A stretch of 64,000 bases of DNA from an uncultured Candidatus Saccharibacteria bacterium (GCA_964467385.1 CAYXQC010000003.1:37798-101797); one strand, 5' to 3'; positions 9,689-19,199 are shown, counted from the stretch's first letter. The notes: generated from the letters alone by a model not told the origin. Made by a program: numbers and translations.

Positions 9689-10633
9689 ATGGAATTAGTT
9701 CGACTATTCAAAAATCTTACTAAAAACGATGCTGCCATTGCAGGTGGCAAAGGAGCCTCTTTAGGTGAGATGTCCCAAGCAGGAATCCCGGTCCCTCCGG
9801 GATTTGTTGTATTGTCGGAATCCTTCGAGCAATTTCTTCGAGAAACTGATCTTATTCAGGAAATTGATGCAATTCTCGATAACTTAAGTCACAAGGAGAT
9901 TCATCTAGTGGAAGCAGCATCAGAAAAAATCCGCGCACTTATTCTTTCCAAAGAGATGCCGAAAGATATTGCAACTGAAATAAGTAAATCTTCCAAAGAA
10001 CTTGGTTCAGAATTTGTAGCCGTACGATCGTCGGCCACTGCAGAGGATGGCCAAGATCACTCATGGGCAGGTCAACTCGAGTCTTATTTGAACGTAAAAG
10101 AAAATGATGTACTTAATAAAGTTAAGCACTGTTGGGCTTCGCTCTTTACCCCACGTGCAATCTTTTATCGTTTTGAAAAAGAACTTCACACAACAAAGAT
10201 TTCTGTGGCGGTTGTGGTGCAAAAAATGGTTGATTCAGAAATTTCTGGAATTGCATTCTCGGTTCATCCTGTAACTGAAGACAAGAACCAACTTATTATT
10301 GAAGCAGGATATGGATTGGGAGAAGCAATAGTGTCGGGATCGATTACCCCCGATAGTTATGTGGTTGAAAAAGAACCTCGGAAAATTCTCGATATCAATA
10401 TAGCAACACAAACCGAGGCACTCTATAAAAATACGGCGGGAGGAAATACATGGAAAAACATCCATGAACCAAAGGCAAGCTCTCAGGTATTAAAGGAGGT
10501 TCAAATTCTTGAGCTTGCTGATATAATTTTAAATATCGAGAAACATTACGGATTCCCCTGTGACATCGAGTGGGCGTTTGAAAGCGGAAAGTTTTATATT
10601 GTGCAAAGCAGACCCATTACTACATTAACTTAA
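9689..10633 (+). CDS. PEP/pyruvate-binding (ATP-grasp) domain protein, PEP synthase N-terminal like
   Basis: GGKGASLGEM, VAVRSSATAED, AGQLES, DIEWA, IVQSRPIT motifs. Confidence 0.92.
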   Translation: MELVRLFKNLTKNDAAIAGGKGASLGEMSQAGIPVPPGFVVLSESFEQFLRETDLIQEIDAILDNLSHKEIHLVEAASEKIRALILSKEMPKDIATEISKSSKELGSEFVAVRSSATAEDGQDHSWAGQLESYLNVKENDVLNKVKHCWASLFTPRAIFYRFEKELHTTKISVAVVVQKMVDSEISGIAFSVHPVTEDKNQLIIEAGYGLGEAIVSGSITPDSYVVEKEPRKILDINIATQTEALYKNTAGGNTWKNIHEPKASSQVLKEVQILELADIILNIEKHYGFPCDIEWAFESGKFYIVQSRPITTLT

Positions 10634-10642
10634 ATCAAATTT

Positions 10643-12181
10643 ATGAATACAAACATCGAACAATTATTACAAAAATATACATTAACTCCCGATTTACTCA
10701 CTGATCCATTGATGAGTCTTGATATGGCTAAACTTGGGGACGACATCACTTCTTTTAAAGAAGAAGGTCTTTCCCAAGGATTTATTCGTCGTCGCATCGT
10801 GCTTTTTATGGATGGCTATCGATATTCGCTTCGTGCAGCAGAAAAGAGATGGGGTATTGATTTTGGATTTTATGAAACTGGAAAAGAACCAGTGAAGAAA
10901 GTATATTTTTCAGGAAAATTTAACGATAATGCAGCCGTGGTTTGGTTACAGAAGATGAACGAAGATAAAGACTTTGGAAATAATCTCGTTGAAGAACTCA
11001 AGACAATAATTGAAATGGAGAAATACTTGGCCGCTTCTGTCTCACAAACAGAACTGTCTAAGGAACAAATTAAAAAACACTTGGAGAATCATCTTTCGTG
11101 GTGGATTCAATTTTTTGAATTTGGATTTCTGTGGTTTTGTGCAGAAAATATTCAACAAGACACAAACGCAAAAATAGAAAAGATCTGGAAAGATACACCA
11201 GAATCGCTTAAGGAATTTCTTGAGGGTGTTTACAGACCAATGGACTTACCTGTATCAAGTGTAGAACAGCGAGATATTCTTGATATCAGCCAATTACAAG
11301 GAGAGGAACTTGAAAAAGCGCTCGACGCCCATTGGAAGAAGTACAAGCACCTATCTCTCCATAATATTGATGATGAGCCTTTTGATAAGGACTACTATGT
11401 AAGTCGAATTAAATCTCTACAAAAAGAAGGAGAATATGCAAAACAAAAAGACTTATTAACCCATGCTGATGCAGAAATTGGTGAAGCGACAAGCCTTCTC
11501 AAGGGTGCGGATATTCCAGAGGAACTAAAAAATAGAATCGAGTTTGTTCGCTGGTTCATGTTTCTTCGAACTGAATCGGTCGACAATATGATGCTAGTGA
11601 ATTCCTCATACAGACATGTATTCGATTCTCTATCAAAGTTATTTGATTTACCGATAGAGGCAGTACTCAATATGACATACAAGGAAATATTTGAGAGTCT
11701 TGAGGCTGGTAAACTTACTCTTTCTAAAGAAGTTATACTGGATAGATTAGAAAATGGTTATGCTTACTTTATTGGATATCGAACTGAAGCATTGCTTACT
11801 GGAGATGATAGACAAAAACTTATTGATATCCTACATCCTGCAACAAACGAAGAAATTATTAAGGAAATAAAAGGACAGATTGCATACAAAGGTAAGATTC
11901 AAGCGATAGCACGAGTCATTCTTGACCGAAAAAATGCTTCCGAGCTACAAGAAGGTGAAATTCTTGTGACCGCCATGACATCTCCAGACTTCGTGCCAGC
12001 CATGAAGATTTCAGCGGGAATCATTACCAATGAAGGAGGAGTACTGTGTCATGCCGCTATCATGTCTCGCGAACTACGAAAGCCTTGTGTTATAGGTACT
12101 AAGACGGCTACCGATATAATAAAGACTGGGGATTTGGTTGAATTAGATGGTGATACTGGAATAATTAAAATTCTAAGCTAG
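10643..12181 (+). CDS. Helical domain fused to a PEP-utilising phospho-histidine swivel domain
   Basis: C-terminal GEILVTAMTSPD...GGVLCHAAIMSRELRKPCVIG. Confidence 0.85.
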   Translation: MNTNIEQLLQKYTLTPDLLTDPLMSLDMAKLGDDITSFKEEGLSQGFIRRRIVLFMDGYRYSLRAAEKRWGIDFGFYETGKEPVKKVYFSGKFNDNAAVVWLQKMNEDKDFGNNLVEELKTIIEMEKYLAASVSQTELSKEQIKKHLENHLSWWIQFFEFGFLWFCAENIQQDTNAKIEKIWKDTPESLKEFLEGVYRPMDLPVSSVEQRDILDISQLQGEELEKALDAHWKKYKHLSLHNIDDEPFDKDYYVSRIKSLQKEGEYAKQKDLLTHADAEIGEATSLLKGADIPEELKNRIEFVRWFMFLRTESVDNMMLVNSSYRHVFDSLSKLFDLPIEAVLNMTYKEIFESLEAGKLTLSKEVILDRLENGYAYFIGYRTEALLTGDDRQKLIDILHPATNEEIIKEIKGQIAYKGKIQAIARVILDRKNASELQEGEILVTAMTSPDFVPAMKISAGIITNEGGVLCHAAIMSRELRKPCVIGTKTATDIIKTGDLVELDGDTGIIKILS

Positions 12182-12183
12182 AT

Positions 12184-13026
12184 ATGAAAGAGTCTTTTCC
12201 AAACAATTCCGACGCTATAATCACCAGACATTCTATTCGAGGGGAAAACTCTGAATATGAAGGGCTGTCACCAGAAGGTATTGAGAAAGCAAAAGAAAGG
12301 GCAAAGGATTTCGTGGAAATTATTGAAAAATCTGAACCAGGTACGGTTATATTTTTTGGCGGTGGTTCAACAGAAGCTCGAACAACCTCCACTTTGGAAG
12401 TTTATGTGGATGAAACAAAAAGCTTGTTAAAAGAGAAAGAGGGTGTCTTGTTTTTCGATCAGGAATCAATATCAGAAAAAGCACAGCGTGGTCACCTGTC
12501 CGCAGCAGAAGAGCTTAAAAAAGAAGCAGATGATAATCCTGAGGCAAAAGTAGTTGTAGATCTACCGCTTGTTATTAAGGATTTTCTTAAAGACGAATGG
12601 TGGTATGAGGAAGATGGAACGGTTAAAGAGCCGTGGCAATCTTTATTAGATAAACATGGGAAAGATTACTCATCCATAGTTCGAGACTGGTTTGAGACTC
12701 AGGGAATGTATGATGGTGAGCAAAAGGTTCCTAAACCTATTGAAGTTGCTGAAAGCTATCTAAATGGAATTAAACGATTACAAGGTTTTGTTAGAAAGTT
12801 TTCAGGAGATAGGAACGTTAAAGTTGTAGTTGTCGGGCATAGCATTCAGATGGATGCTTTACTTACTTATTTGGCAAATGATGGGGTTGTAGATTTAGAA
12901 GGATTTGAAAATATCGGAGACAAAGTTGTAGATACAACTGAAATGTCTGTTATTGAACCTGATGAAGATGGAGGCATTCATCTTTCTTATAGGGGTAAAG
13001 AGTTTATTTTTGGAGAAAATCAATAA
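12184..13026 (+). CDS. Histidine-phosphatase superfamily-like protein
   Basis: N-terminal IITRHS, LSPEG, R-T motif and a late VVVVGHS motif. Confidence 0.6.
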   Translation: MKESFPNNSDAIITRHSIRGENSEYEGLSPEGIEKAKERAKDFVEIIEKSEPGTVIFFGGGSTEARTTSTLEVYVDETKSLLKEKEGVLFFDQESISEKAQRGHLSAAEELKKEADDNPEAKVVVDLPLVIKDFLKDEWWYEEDGTVKEPWQSLLDKHGKDYSSIVRDWFETQGMYDGEQKVPKPIEVAESYLNGIKRLQGFVRKFSGDRNVKVVVVGHSIQMDALLTYLANDGVVDLEGFENIGDKVVDTTEMSVIEPDEDGGIHLSYRGKEFIFGENQ

Positions 13027-13031
13027 ATAAT

Positions 13032-15128
13032 CTAAATCCCAATATATGGAAATTGGGGTAAGTCATCTTCCTCAAAATCTTCCTGCTGTGCTGGTCTCTG
13101 AATAATTCTCTTGTCTTTTGCAATAGTGAGTACAAGCGCATCGGGAATAGACGAGTCGATACCTTCTTCAGTAAGTTCATCTCGATCAATCATTTTTCTC
13201 TTGCCATTCGTATCGGCATAAACCATGTACAGAAGATCATCGAAGACATGTCTCCCTACAAGCTTTCCAATCCTTAACCATCCTGTCAGTTTTGAATATG
13301 CCCTCGCCCAATTGTCGGCAAACAGGTTGCCATCAAACTGTGGTTGCTCATTCATAGTGATTCCGTACCGTTGTCGATTCCCATATTTGTTGATGTTGAA
13401 ATGACCAACTGCGAGATGTCTCAATAGATTGCACAATTCCTGCCCTCGATCTGCTTTGTCGATAAAAATGTTCTCGTCCGATATCGGCACGTCATGTATC
13501 TTTGCGAGTTCGATAACTTTTAAGACGACTGTCGTCACATCCTGCATCGGCTCATGATACAGAACCTCAGCCGCATTCTCAGCTCTAAGCACGATAGTTG
13601 AGTAAGTCCTGTTTTTGTCTGCCAACACCACTCCCAGTCTTTTGTCTCCGAAATACGAAACCCTTTCCTGATAGCTGTCATTAAGAAGTCTTTCATCAAA
13701 GAGTGCATGATACCCCTTTGGTATATTCGATTCCTGATCCATCATGCTCCATACGAGGATGCAGAATGCATCTGAAAGGTCATCGTGCTTTTCCGTGCCA
13801 AAGCCCACGAGCTGTTCGATCAGCTTCTCAGCGCCATATCGAGGGAAGAGCACTGTTCCTGATTGAATGTGGTGTGAGATGAGTGACAGTCTAGCTCGCT
13901 TATCCGATCCTTGAGTCTTGTATTCCTTTGCGGGAAAGTTTTCCGATTTCAGATGGTCGATGATCGACTTCTGGTATCCCGCGTTCTCGATCCATACGTG
14001 TGCGTTTCCTAAAGTCTTTGACAGCGACTTAATCTTCTCAATCGTCTTCGGGAAATCCATTCGCTCGTTCACAGGATTCGGCAACACATAAATCTTCAAT
14101 GCCTTCTTTCTGCCGTATATCTTTCCTGAAACCATCGCTGTATAGTCCGCATTGTCCTTCTCGCTGATTGCGGGATCAATGCCGGTAGCGGTGAACCGAC
14201 ACGCATCAGCAGGCAGTGAATCGTAATATCGTATCCATTCAGGACGAATTACTTGATCATCATCTGCAATAATCTGGAGCATGTATTCTCTCTGCCATGC
14301 TTGAAGGCTCGGTACTGATTTTCTCAAAGTTTCTACTTCAGCATCCGTTCGGTACTTGTCCTTCCATAAAGGCTGATTATTCTCATCAAGGAATGGATAC
14401 GCCCTTGCAACGCCATCCATTCGACCTTCGAGAATGGCTTTCTTCAATCTCATGATGATCGAATCGTTATGAAGCTTCGTGCCGATCACAATTAATCTCG
14501 TGTCCTTGTCTCCAAGAGGAATGATGTCTCCCATAAGCCAGTTGAACATCTTGTCTCGACTCTCTTGGGTTTTGACGATATCCAAATCCTCAAGGTCGTC
14601 AGCAATTATCAAATCTGGCCTATGCGCCCCGTGCTTGATACCTCGAATCGAGTTATCGATTGAAGCTACTGTCACTCTCGCTCCGTATTTCGGCAACACG
14701 ATTGATACCGCACGCCACTCATCATTCGGCTCCTCGAATGGTCCGAGGTCTAATCTAAGTAATCGGTTGTGCTCAAGCTCCAGTTTGATGTTTGCAAGAT
14801 ACTGCCGTGCTTGACTTTCGGTCTTGGCGATAATTAAAACAAATTTTCTCTGCTGCATTCCGAGGATAGACCAGATCGCATAGGAAGTCCCCATGATCGT
14901 GGTCTTTCCTGATCCTCGGAATGCTTCGATAACCATGGTCTTATGAGACGCTTCGGTGAGTTCAAACAATTCCTTATGAAATTGCGCCGTCTTGTATTTA
15001 ACATAGTGGGAAAAGTAGATGTGGAAGAACCAGTGATGACAGGCTCTTGTAGTCGCACGCCTCACTCGTTGATTCTTAACTATCTCATCAATCTTTTCTG
15101 CCGATACTTCGGTGTCGTGGTTATGCAT
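13032..15128 (-). CDS. Phage terminase large subunit-like protein with C-terminal extension
   Basis: Walker A AFRGSGKTT, Walker B LIIADDLE, nuclease motifs GIDPA and HDDLSDA; about 230 extra C-terminal residues. Confidence 0.88.
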   Translation of the reverse strand: MHNHDTEVSAEKIDEIVKNQRVRRATTRACHHWFFHIYFSHYVKYKTAQFHKELFELTEASHKTMVIEAFRGSGKTTIMGTSYAIWSILGMQQRKFVLIIAKTESQARQYLANIKLELEHNRLLRLDLGPFEEPNDEWRAVSIVLPKYGARVTVASIDNSIRGIKHGAHRPDLIIADDLEDLDIVKTQESRDKMFNWLMGDIIPLGDKDTRLIVIGTKLHNDSIIMRLKKAILEGRMDGVARAYPFLDENNQPLWKDKYRTDAEVETLRKSVPSLQAWQREYMLQIIADDDQVIRPEWIRYYDSLPADACRFTATGIDPAISEKDNADYTAMVSGKIYGRKKALKIYVLPNPVNERMDFPKTIEKIKSLSKTLGNAHVWIENAGYQKSIIDHLKSENFPAKEYKTQGSDKRARLSLISHHIQSGTVLFPRYGAEKLIEQLVGFGTEKHDDLSDAFCILVWSMMDQESNIPKGYHALFDERLLNDSYQERVSYFGDKRLGVVLADKNRTYSTIVLRAENAAEVLYHEPMQDVTTVVLKVIELAKIHDVPISDENIFIDKADRGQELCNLLRHLAVGHFNINKYGNRQRYGITMNEQPQFDGNLFADNWARAYSKLTGWLRIGKLVGRHVFDDLLYMVYADTNGKRKMIDRDELTEEGIDSSIPDALVLTIAKDKRIIQRPAQQEDFEEDDLPQFPYIGI

Positions 15129-15522
15129 GGTCGATTGTAGTTAATCCGAGAGCCTCACGCACCATCTTTTCTTCTTGAGGAGTGAGAGCTTCTTCCTCTG
15201 CGGTCTTGGTGGTAAGTTCGACCTTGTTTCTATACTTAGGATGATGCTGTCTGAGCCACAATTGGATTGCAGGAAAATTCTTTTCCTTGATGAGTGTAAT
15301 GAGCTGACTTTCGGAAAGATCATTGATCATTTCCTCGCCGTCCTGCATGGCCTCGTCAGTCGCTTTCTTGAATTTCGCATCATCACGTCTCCATCGGTAG
15401 TAGGTGCTACGACCAATATTGCTTCTCTCACATGCAATCTGCACGATCGGTATCTTTCGGAGCTGTTCCAAGACGACTTTCTGTTCAACTTTGTTTCTTT
15501 TTAGGGTTGATTCTCTTTTCAT
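15121..15522 (-). CDS. HTH protein, probable terminase small subunit
   Basis: IVQIACERSNIGRSTYYRWRRDD HTH and AIQLWLR; overlaps the start of the large terminase gene. Confidence 0.75.
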   Translation of the reverse strand: MKRESTLKRNKVEQKVVLEQLRKIPIVQIACERSNIGRSTYYRWRRDDAKFKKATDEAMQDGEEMINDLSESQLITLIKEKNFPAIQLWLRQHHPKYRNKVELTTKTAEEEALTPQEEKMVREALGLTTIDHA

Positions 15523-16277
15523 AATTTCATTGCTTTTAAGTTTGTTAATTTTTCCCATCTAATAATTGCGGTCTGTACGTACTCGGGATCAAGCTCTATG
15601 GCGATACATGCTCGCTTGGTCTGCTCGCACGCCAATAGACATGTTCCAGAGCCAAGAAAGGCATCGTAAACGACATTGCCAATGCGAGTGCTATTGAGGA
15701 TGAGATGTCGAATAAGTGGCACAGGCTTAGTCGTAGGGTGGAATGGACTCTTGTTCGGCTTCGGATGAACGATGACACTCTTGTCTTTTGATTTTAAGAA
15801 TTCATGCGTTCCATACCATCCGTATGCGATGAGTTCATGCATCGGTGCATAATCCATTCTTCCAACCACTGCTTGAGTTTTCACCCACACAATCAATTGA
15901 GCGAATTTACAGCCGATTGATTTCATTCCGTCACGCAAGGCGAATATCATCTTGTCGGAGTTGAAGATGTACAGAGCATTCTTCCGTTCAAGATGTGGAG
16001 TTACCGCACTAAGCCAGTCTTCAGTGAACTTCTTGTATTCCTCGTCAGACTGAAGGTGATCATTCTCAATCTTCTTGCCTTTGAGCAATGCTTTAAAGTT
16101 CTGCTTGCTCTCCGCAACCGCAACTCCGTAGGGCGGATCGGAAATGATTGCCTTAATTTTTCTTTTACTAACCACCCTTGAGACGAACTCCTTGTCTCTC
16201 GAATCACCGCAAGCAATCGTGTGTTCGCCAAGTTGAAAGATGTCTCCCGCCTTAATTGAGTTTTGTGACTTTTTCAT
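15519..16277 (-). CDS. DNA N6-adenine/N4-cytosine methyltransferase (beta class)
   Basis: DPPY catalytic motif, HPTTKP, DAFLGSGT SAM-binding motif. Confidence 0.92.
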   Translation of the reverse strand: MKKSQNSIKAGDIFQLGEHTIACGDSRDKEFVSRVVSKRKIKAIISDPPYGVAVAESKQNFKALLKGKKIENDHLQSDEEYKKFTEDWLSAVTPHLERKNALYIFNSDKMIFALRDGMKSIGCKFAQLIVWVKTQAVVGRMDYAPMHELIAYGWYGTHEFLKSKDKSVIVHPKPNKSPFHPTTKPVPLIRHLILNSTRIGNVVYDAFLGSGTCLLACEQTKRACIAIELDPEYVQTAIIRWEKLTNLKAMKL

Positions 16278-17538
16278 TTGGAGAGAGTTGTCTAAAGCGG
16301 TTGATAATGAGTTGGCAGAATATCGGTTCCATTTCGCAGAGATACGCAATGCGTTTCAACTGTTCGCACGCTGACAGGATGCTTCCTGATCCGCCAGTAA
16401 TATCGAGGACGATATCACCAGGGCGACTACACCTACGCAATGCTTTCTCATGCAAGGTAGGAGGCTTCTGTGTCGGATGTGCATATTCCTGTGACGGCAG
16501 TCGCTTCACGAGCCAGATATTGAGCATGTCTAGAATATCCTCGACTAATCTGTTGCCAGTCGTGGTTTCTTTGTTCAATACTTCATTGAGATTTTTAATC
16601 TTGTCAGACAAGTAAGGTTTTCCTCTCGTGCCGTATACGCAATATTCGGTGACCTTGTTGAATGCCACCTGCGGTGTCGGGGAAGCATTGTCTTTAACCC
16701 ACAAGCAGAGTCGCTTTGAATCGATACCAAGCTCCTTGTAGAGTTCTTGGAATAGCCAAACGTATCGCTCATCGCACCAGAAGAAAACGTGAGCGTCTGG
16801 CTTGGTCACGCTCAATGCGTTTTGGATAAGTGTCTTTGCGAATGTTTTATACTCGTCATCCGTTTTGCTGTCGTCAGTTGTTCCACCATATTTAGCTTTA
16901 TTGCCGACACCTTTGTCATACGAGAGACCGATGTTGTATGGAGGATCGGTATTGATCATGTCGGCAAGATTTTCATTCATGAGAAACTTGATCATGTTTT
17001 GATCTGTAGAATTGCCGCAGAGAAGTCTGTGGCGACCGAGAGCAAAGTAGTCGCCGAATTTTATATCGGTTTCCTTTATTTTCTCCAACTCTTTTTCCTC
17101 ATCGAAGTTGTCGTCACTCACTTCGAGATTGTCATCAAAGATATTAGTGAGATCGGTTGAATCAAAGCCTGCCATGAGCAGGGTGTCGATGTCGAAGTCG
17201 CTCGCCAGTATCTCCCAGTCCCAAGAGCCGCCTGAACGATTGCTTGTTAATAAATATTGTTTGAACTCAGAAGGGGTGAGCTTGCGATTCGGTGTTCTCA
17301 CCTCGATTTCTTCTTCACCTCGACCTAGCAGTTGCAGCGCTTTGATGCGCTGATGGCCTGCGACGATCTTTCCGTCAGTGTTGATCGCAGGAAGCTCTGC
17401 AAGATTGAACTTCTTCAAGCTTTCCTTTAAGTCTTCCATCTGCTTGTCCGTGATTTTCCTCGGATTCTTCTCGTAGGGCAGAAGATCGTTTACCCGGCGC
17501 TTTTCGGTACGCCATACCAGTGGTGTTAATTTGGACAT
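16252..17538 (-). CDS. ParB-like N-terminal domain fused to a DNA methyltransferase
   Basis: PYEKNPR...IVAGHQR (ParB/Srx-like), then DPPYN, HPTQKP, DITGGSGS. Confidence 0.92.
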   Translation of the reverse strand: MSKLTPLVWRTEKRRVNDLLPYEKNPRKITDKQMEDLKESLKKFNLAELPAINTDGKIVAGHQRIKALQLLGRGEEEIEVRTPNRKLTPSEFKQYLLTSNRSGGSWDWEILASDFDIDTLLMAGFDSTDLTNIFDDNLEVSDDNFDEEKELEKIKETDIKFGDYFALGRHRLLCGNSTDQNMIKFLMNENLADMINTDPPYNIGLSYDKGVGNKAKYGGTTDDSKTDDEYKTFAKTLIQNALSVTKPDAHVFFWCDERYVWLFQELYKELGIDSKRLCLWVKDNASPTPQVAFNKVTEYCVYGTRGKPYLSDKIKNLNEVLNKETTTGNRLVEDILDMLNIWLVKRLPSQEYAHPTQKPPTLHEKALRRCSRPGDIVLDITGGSGSILSACEQLKRIAYLCEMEPIFCQLIINRFRQLSPNEKVTKLN

Positions 17539-18139
17539 ATATATTTACGGTTATTAATAATAGGCACAGTATGCGTTCCACAACTTGATCTAAATGTAGG
17601 AATTACTCTTGCTCCTCACTTAATCATGCGTGTGAAAAAGTGATTTTTGTGTTGCATTACTCTTCTGTCCTGAGACAATGGTAAATCCCAAAAAGTGACA
17701 AATCGTGGTGCATTACTTTTGCCATCCATAATGCTACTCGTGAAAAAATGCAAAAAGGTGTGCATTACTTTCTCTACCCAGAATCGTATGCTGGCCAACG
17801 TATCCGATTAGTGGGTATTGAAAATGCTACTGGATAAAAAACGTGTAAAATCGTGCGGAATCAATTTCACTTTCTTATCCTCTAAAAGCGTAGCGGACCC
17901 GAACCCTTCTGTCTGGGGGAATTACCTGGCAGAGAATGAATATGAAAATCAGTCCAGCAATCCTCTGAAAATATGCAAAATCAAAATGGCACACTGCTTT
18001 GGCACAGTGTGCTGTTCCAATACCTCTGAAATACCCTTATGTTGCTTGGCGAAAGATGTCGAAACCATCCTTACGGGGCTTGTTTGAAACACTGCCCCTG
18101 CGTGTGCCAAATTGTGCCAATTTGGGAAAGGGAGACCCC

Positions 18140-18229
18140 GACCCACGAACCCCAAATTGATCAGTCCAAATATGCTAAAATACCCTTACAAGGTCTCACC
18201 CATGGGGTACTTAACCCACGATGCCCGCA
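18140..18229 (+). repeat. Element right-end motif, copy 1 (90 bp)
   Basis: GACCCAC...TCAGTC...TGCTAAAATA-CCTTA...GGTACYTAACCCACGATGCCCGCA aligns with 19110-19199. Confidence 0.85.
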
Positions 18230-18405
18230 TTGACGATACGAACCAGTTTTAACTGGTGAGTGTCGGCAACTTTCTGATACAGTAGGAAGCGAAGCTTTTG
18301 GGGATTCGAAAAGGTTCTCCCATATTTTCGAGAATGAGCGTAGCGAGTTTGAGAAAATGGGAAACCTGTACTGAAGCTGTAAGCTTCGAATCCCTCCGTC
18401 TCCGC
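18230..18405 (+). repeat. Structured palindromic repeat ending in a copy of the tRNA-Ser 3' end
   Basis: GGATTCGAA...TTCGAATCC encloses a CCCAT-TTTTC/GAAAATGGG stem with a GAGCGTAGCGAG loop. Confidence 0.7.
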
Positions 18406-18438
18406 ATTAAGAACTTGGTATCGGCATGACCCGAGTGC

Positions 18439-19080
18439 CTAAGAAACCTTCTTAAATACCAAATCACCCGAGATTCTATCTTCGGTGTTAGGTCGCTTCC
18501 AAAGAAATATATTTTGAGTAAATTCAGTAGGATTTTGAATTTCTGAGGCTGAGTGATTGTAAATATTGATTCCTCGCCCCTTCATCATCTCGATTATTCT
18601 TGGTTCAAATTGCTCTAGTGATACGAAAATACTTTGTCGTGCCACTCTCTCAAATTCCTTCGCTAATTTTTCCCAATCCTCAATAAAGTAAAGGGAACTG
18701 AGTGCGATGATGTGGTCTACAGATTTATCCCTGAAAGTTTCAATGACATCCTCGACAGCCCCGATATGTCCCTCAAAACCTCGCTTTTTTGCCTCCTCAA
18801 TCATTGCGGGCGAAATATCAATTCCTTCGTATGTAAATGAGTCACCTAAATATTTCTTGAGCTTTCCCGTACCACAACCAATATCGAGCAAAGTTCCCTC
18901 GGTTATTCCATATTTTTGATATGTTTCCAGTAGAATTCTTGGAATCTGATATTCAGCTTTTCCTTCAAAGGATTCGTCGTAGACTGATGCGGCCTCGTCA
19001 TAAAAAAGGGTCACATTCCTCCTCTGTGTTTCAAGTTCTGTTTTTTCTGGACTTGGCGGTATTTTTTCCATATCTATCAT
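18439..19080 (-). CDS. Class I SAM-dependent methyltransferase
   Basis: LLDIGCGTG and GIDISPAM motifs. Confidence 0.9.
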   Translation of the reverse strand: MIDMEKIPPSPEKTELETQRRNVTLFYDEAASVYDESFEGKAEYQIPRILLETYQKYGITEGTLLDIGCGTGKLKKYLGDSFTYEGIDISPAMIEEAKKRGFEGHIGAVEDVIETFRDKSVDHIIALSSLYFIEDWEKLAKEFERVARQSIFVSLEQFEPRIIEMMKGRGINIYNHSASEIQNPTEFTQNIFLWKRPNTEDRISGDLVFKKVS

Positions 19081-19109
19081 ATTATCGCTAATGGCAAGAT
19101 TAGACTAGT

Positions 19110-19199
19110 GACCCACATACCTAATTTCAGTCTCAAAAAACTTGCTAAAATATCCTTAGGGGGTTTCGCCACTCTGGTACCTAACCCACGATGCCCGCA
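19110..19199 (+). repeat. Element right-end motif, copy 2 (90 bp)
   Basis: Same length and conserved blocks as 18140-18229. Confidence 0.85.

Larger units (their letters stand above)
5195..18229. mobile_element. Integrative element A at the tRNA-Ser 3' end (serine recombinase, terminase, methyltransferases, cargo)
   Basis: Starts right after the tRNA with TTGACAATTTAGTATCGGCGTGACCC and ends with a 90-bp terminal motif (18140-18229) that recurs at 19110-19199; phage-type genes inside. Confidence 0.75.
18406..19199. mobile_element. Mini element B with the same ends as element A, carrying one methyltransferase gene
   Basis: Left end TTAAGAACTTGGTATCGGCATGACCC resembles the left end of A; right end is the second 90-bp motif. 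Confidence 0.7.

Noticed and set aside
15519-17538. Classical type II or type III restriction-modification system
   Set aside because: No restriction endonuclease or Res helicase is recognisable; the ParB-MTase type is the kind found next to phage terminases.
5174-18405. Complete prophage bounded by the 21-bp tRNA repeat as attL and attR
   Set aside because: No structural, lysis or replication genes and no tyrosine integrase. The second copy is the tail of a palindromic repeat, like the one after tmRNA, and the element end motif lies about 155 bp before it.
17616-18467. Short ORFs near the element right end
   Set aside because: They overlap motif arrays and terminal repeats and show no protein-like features.
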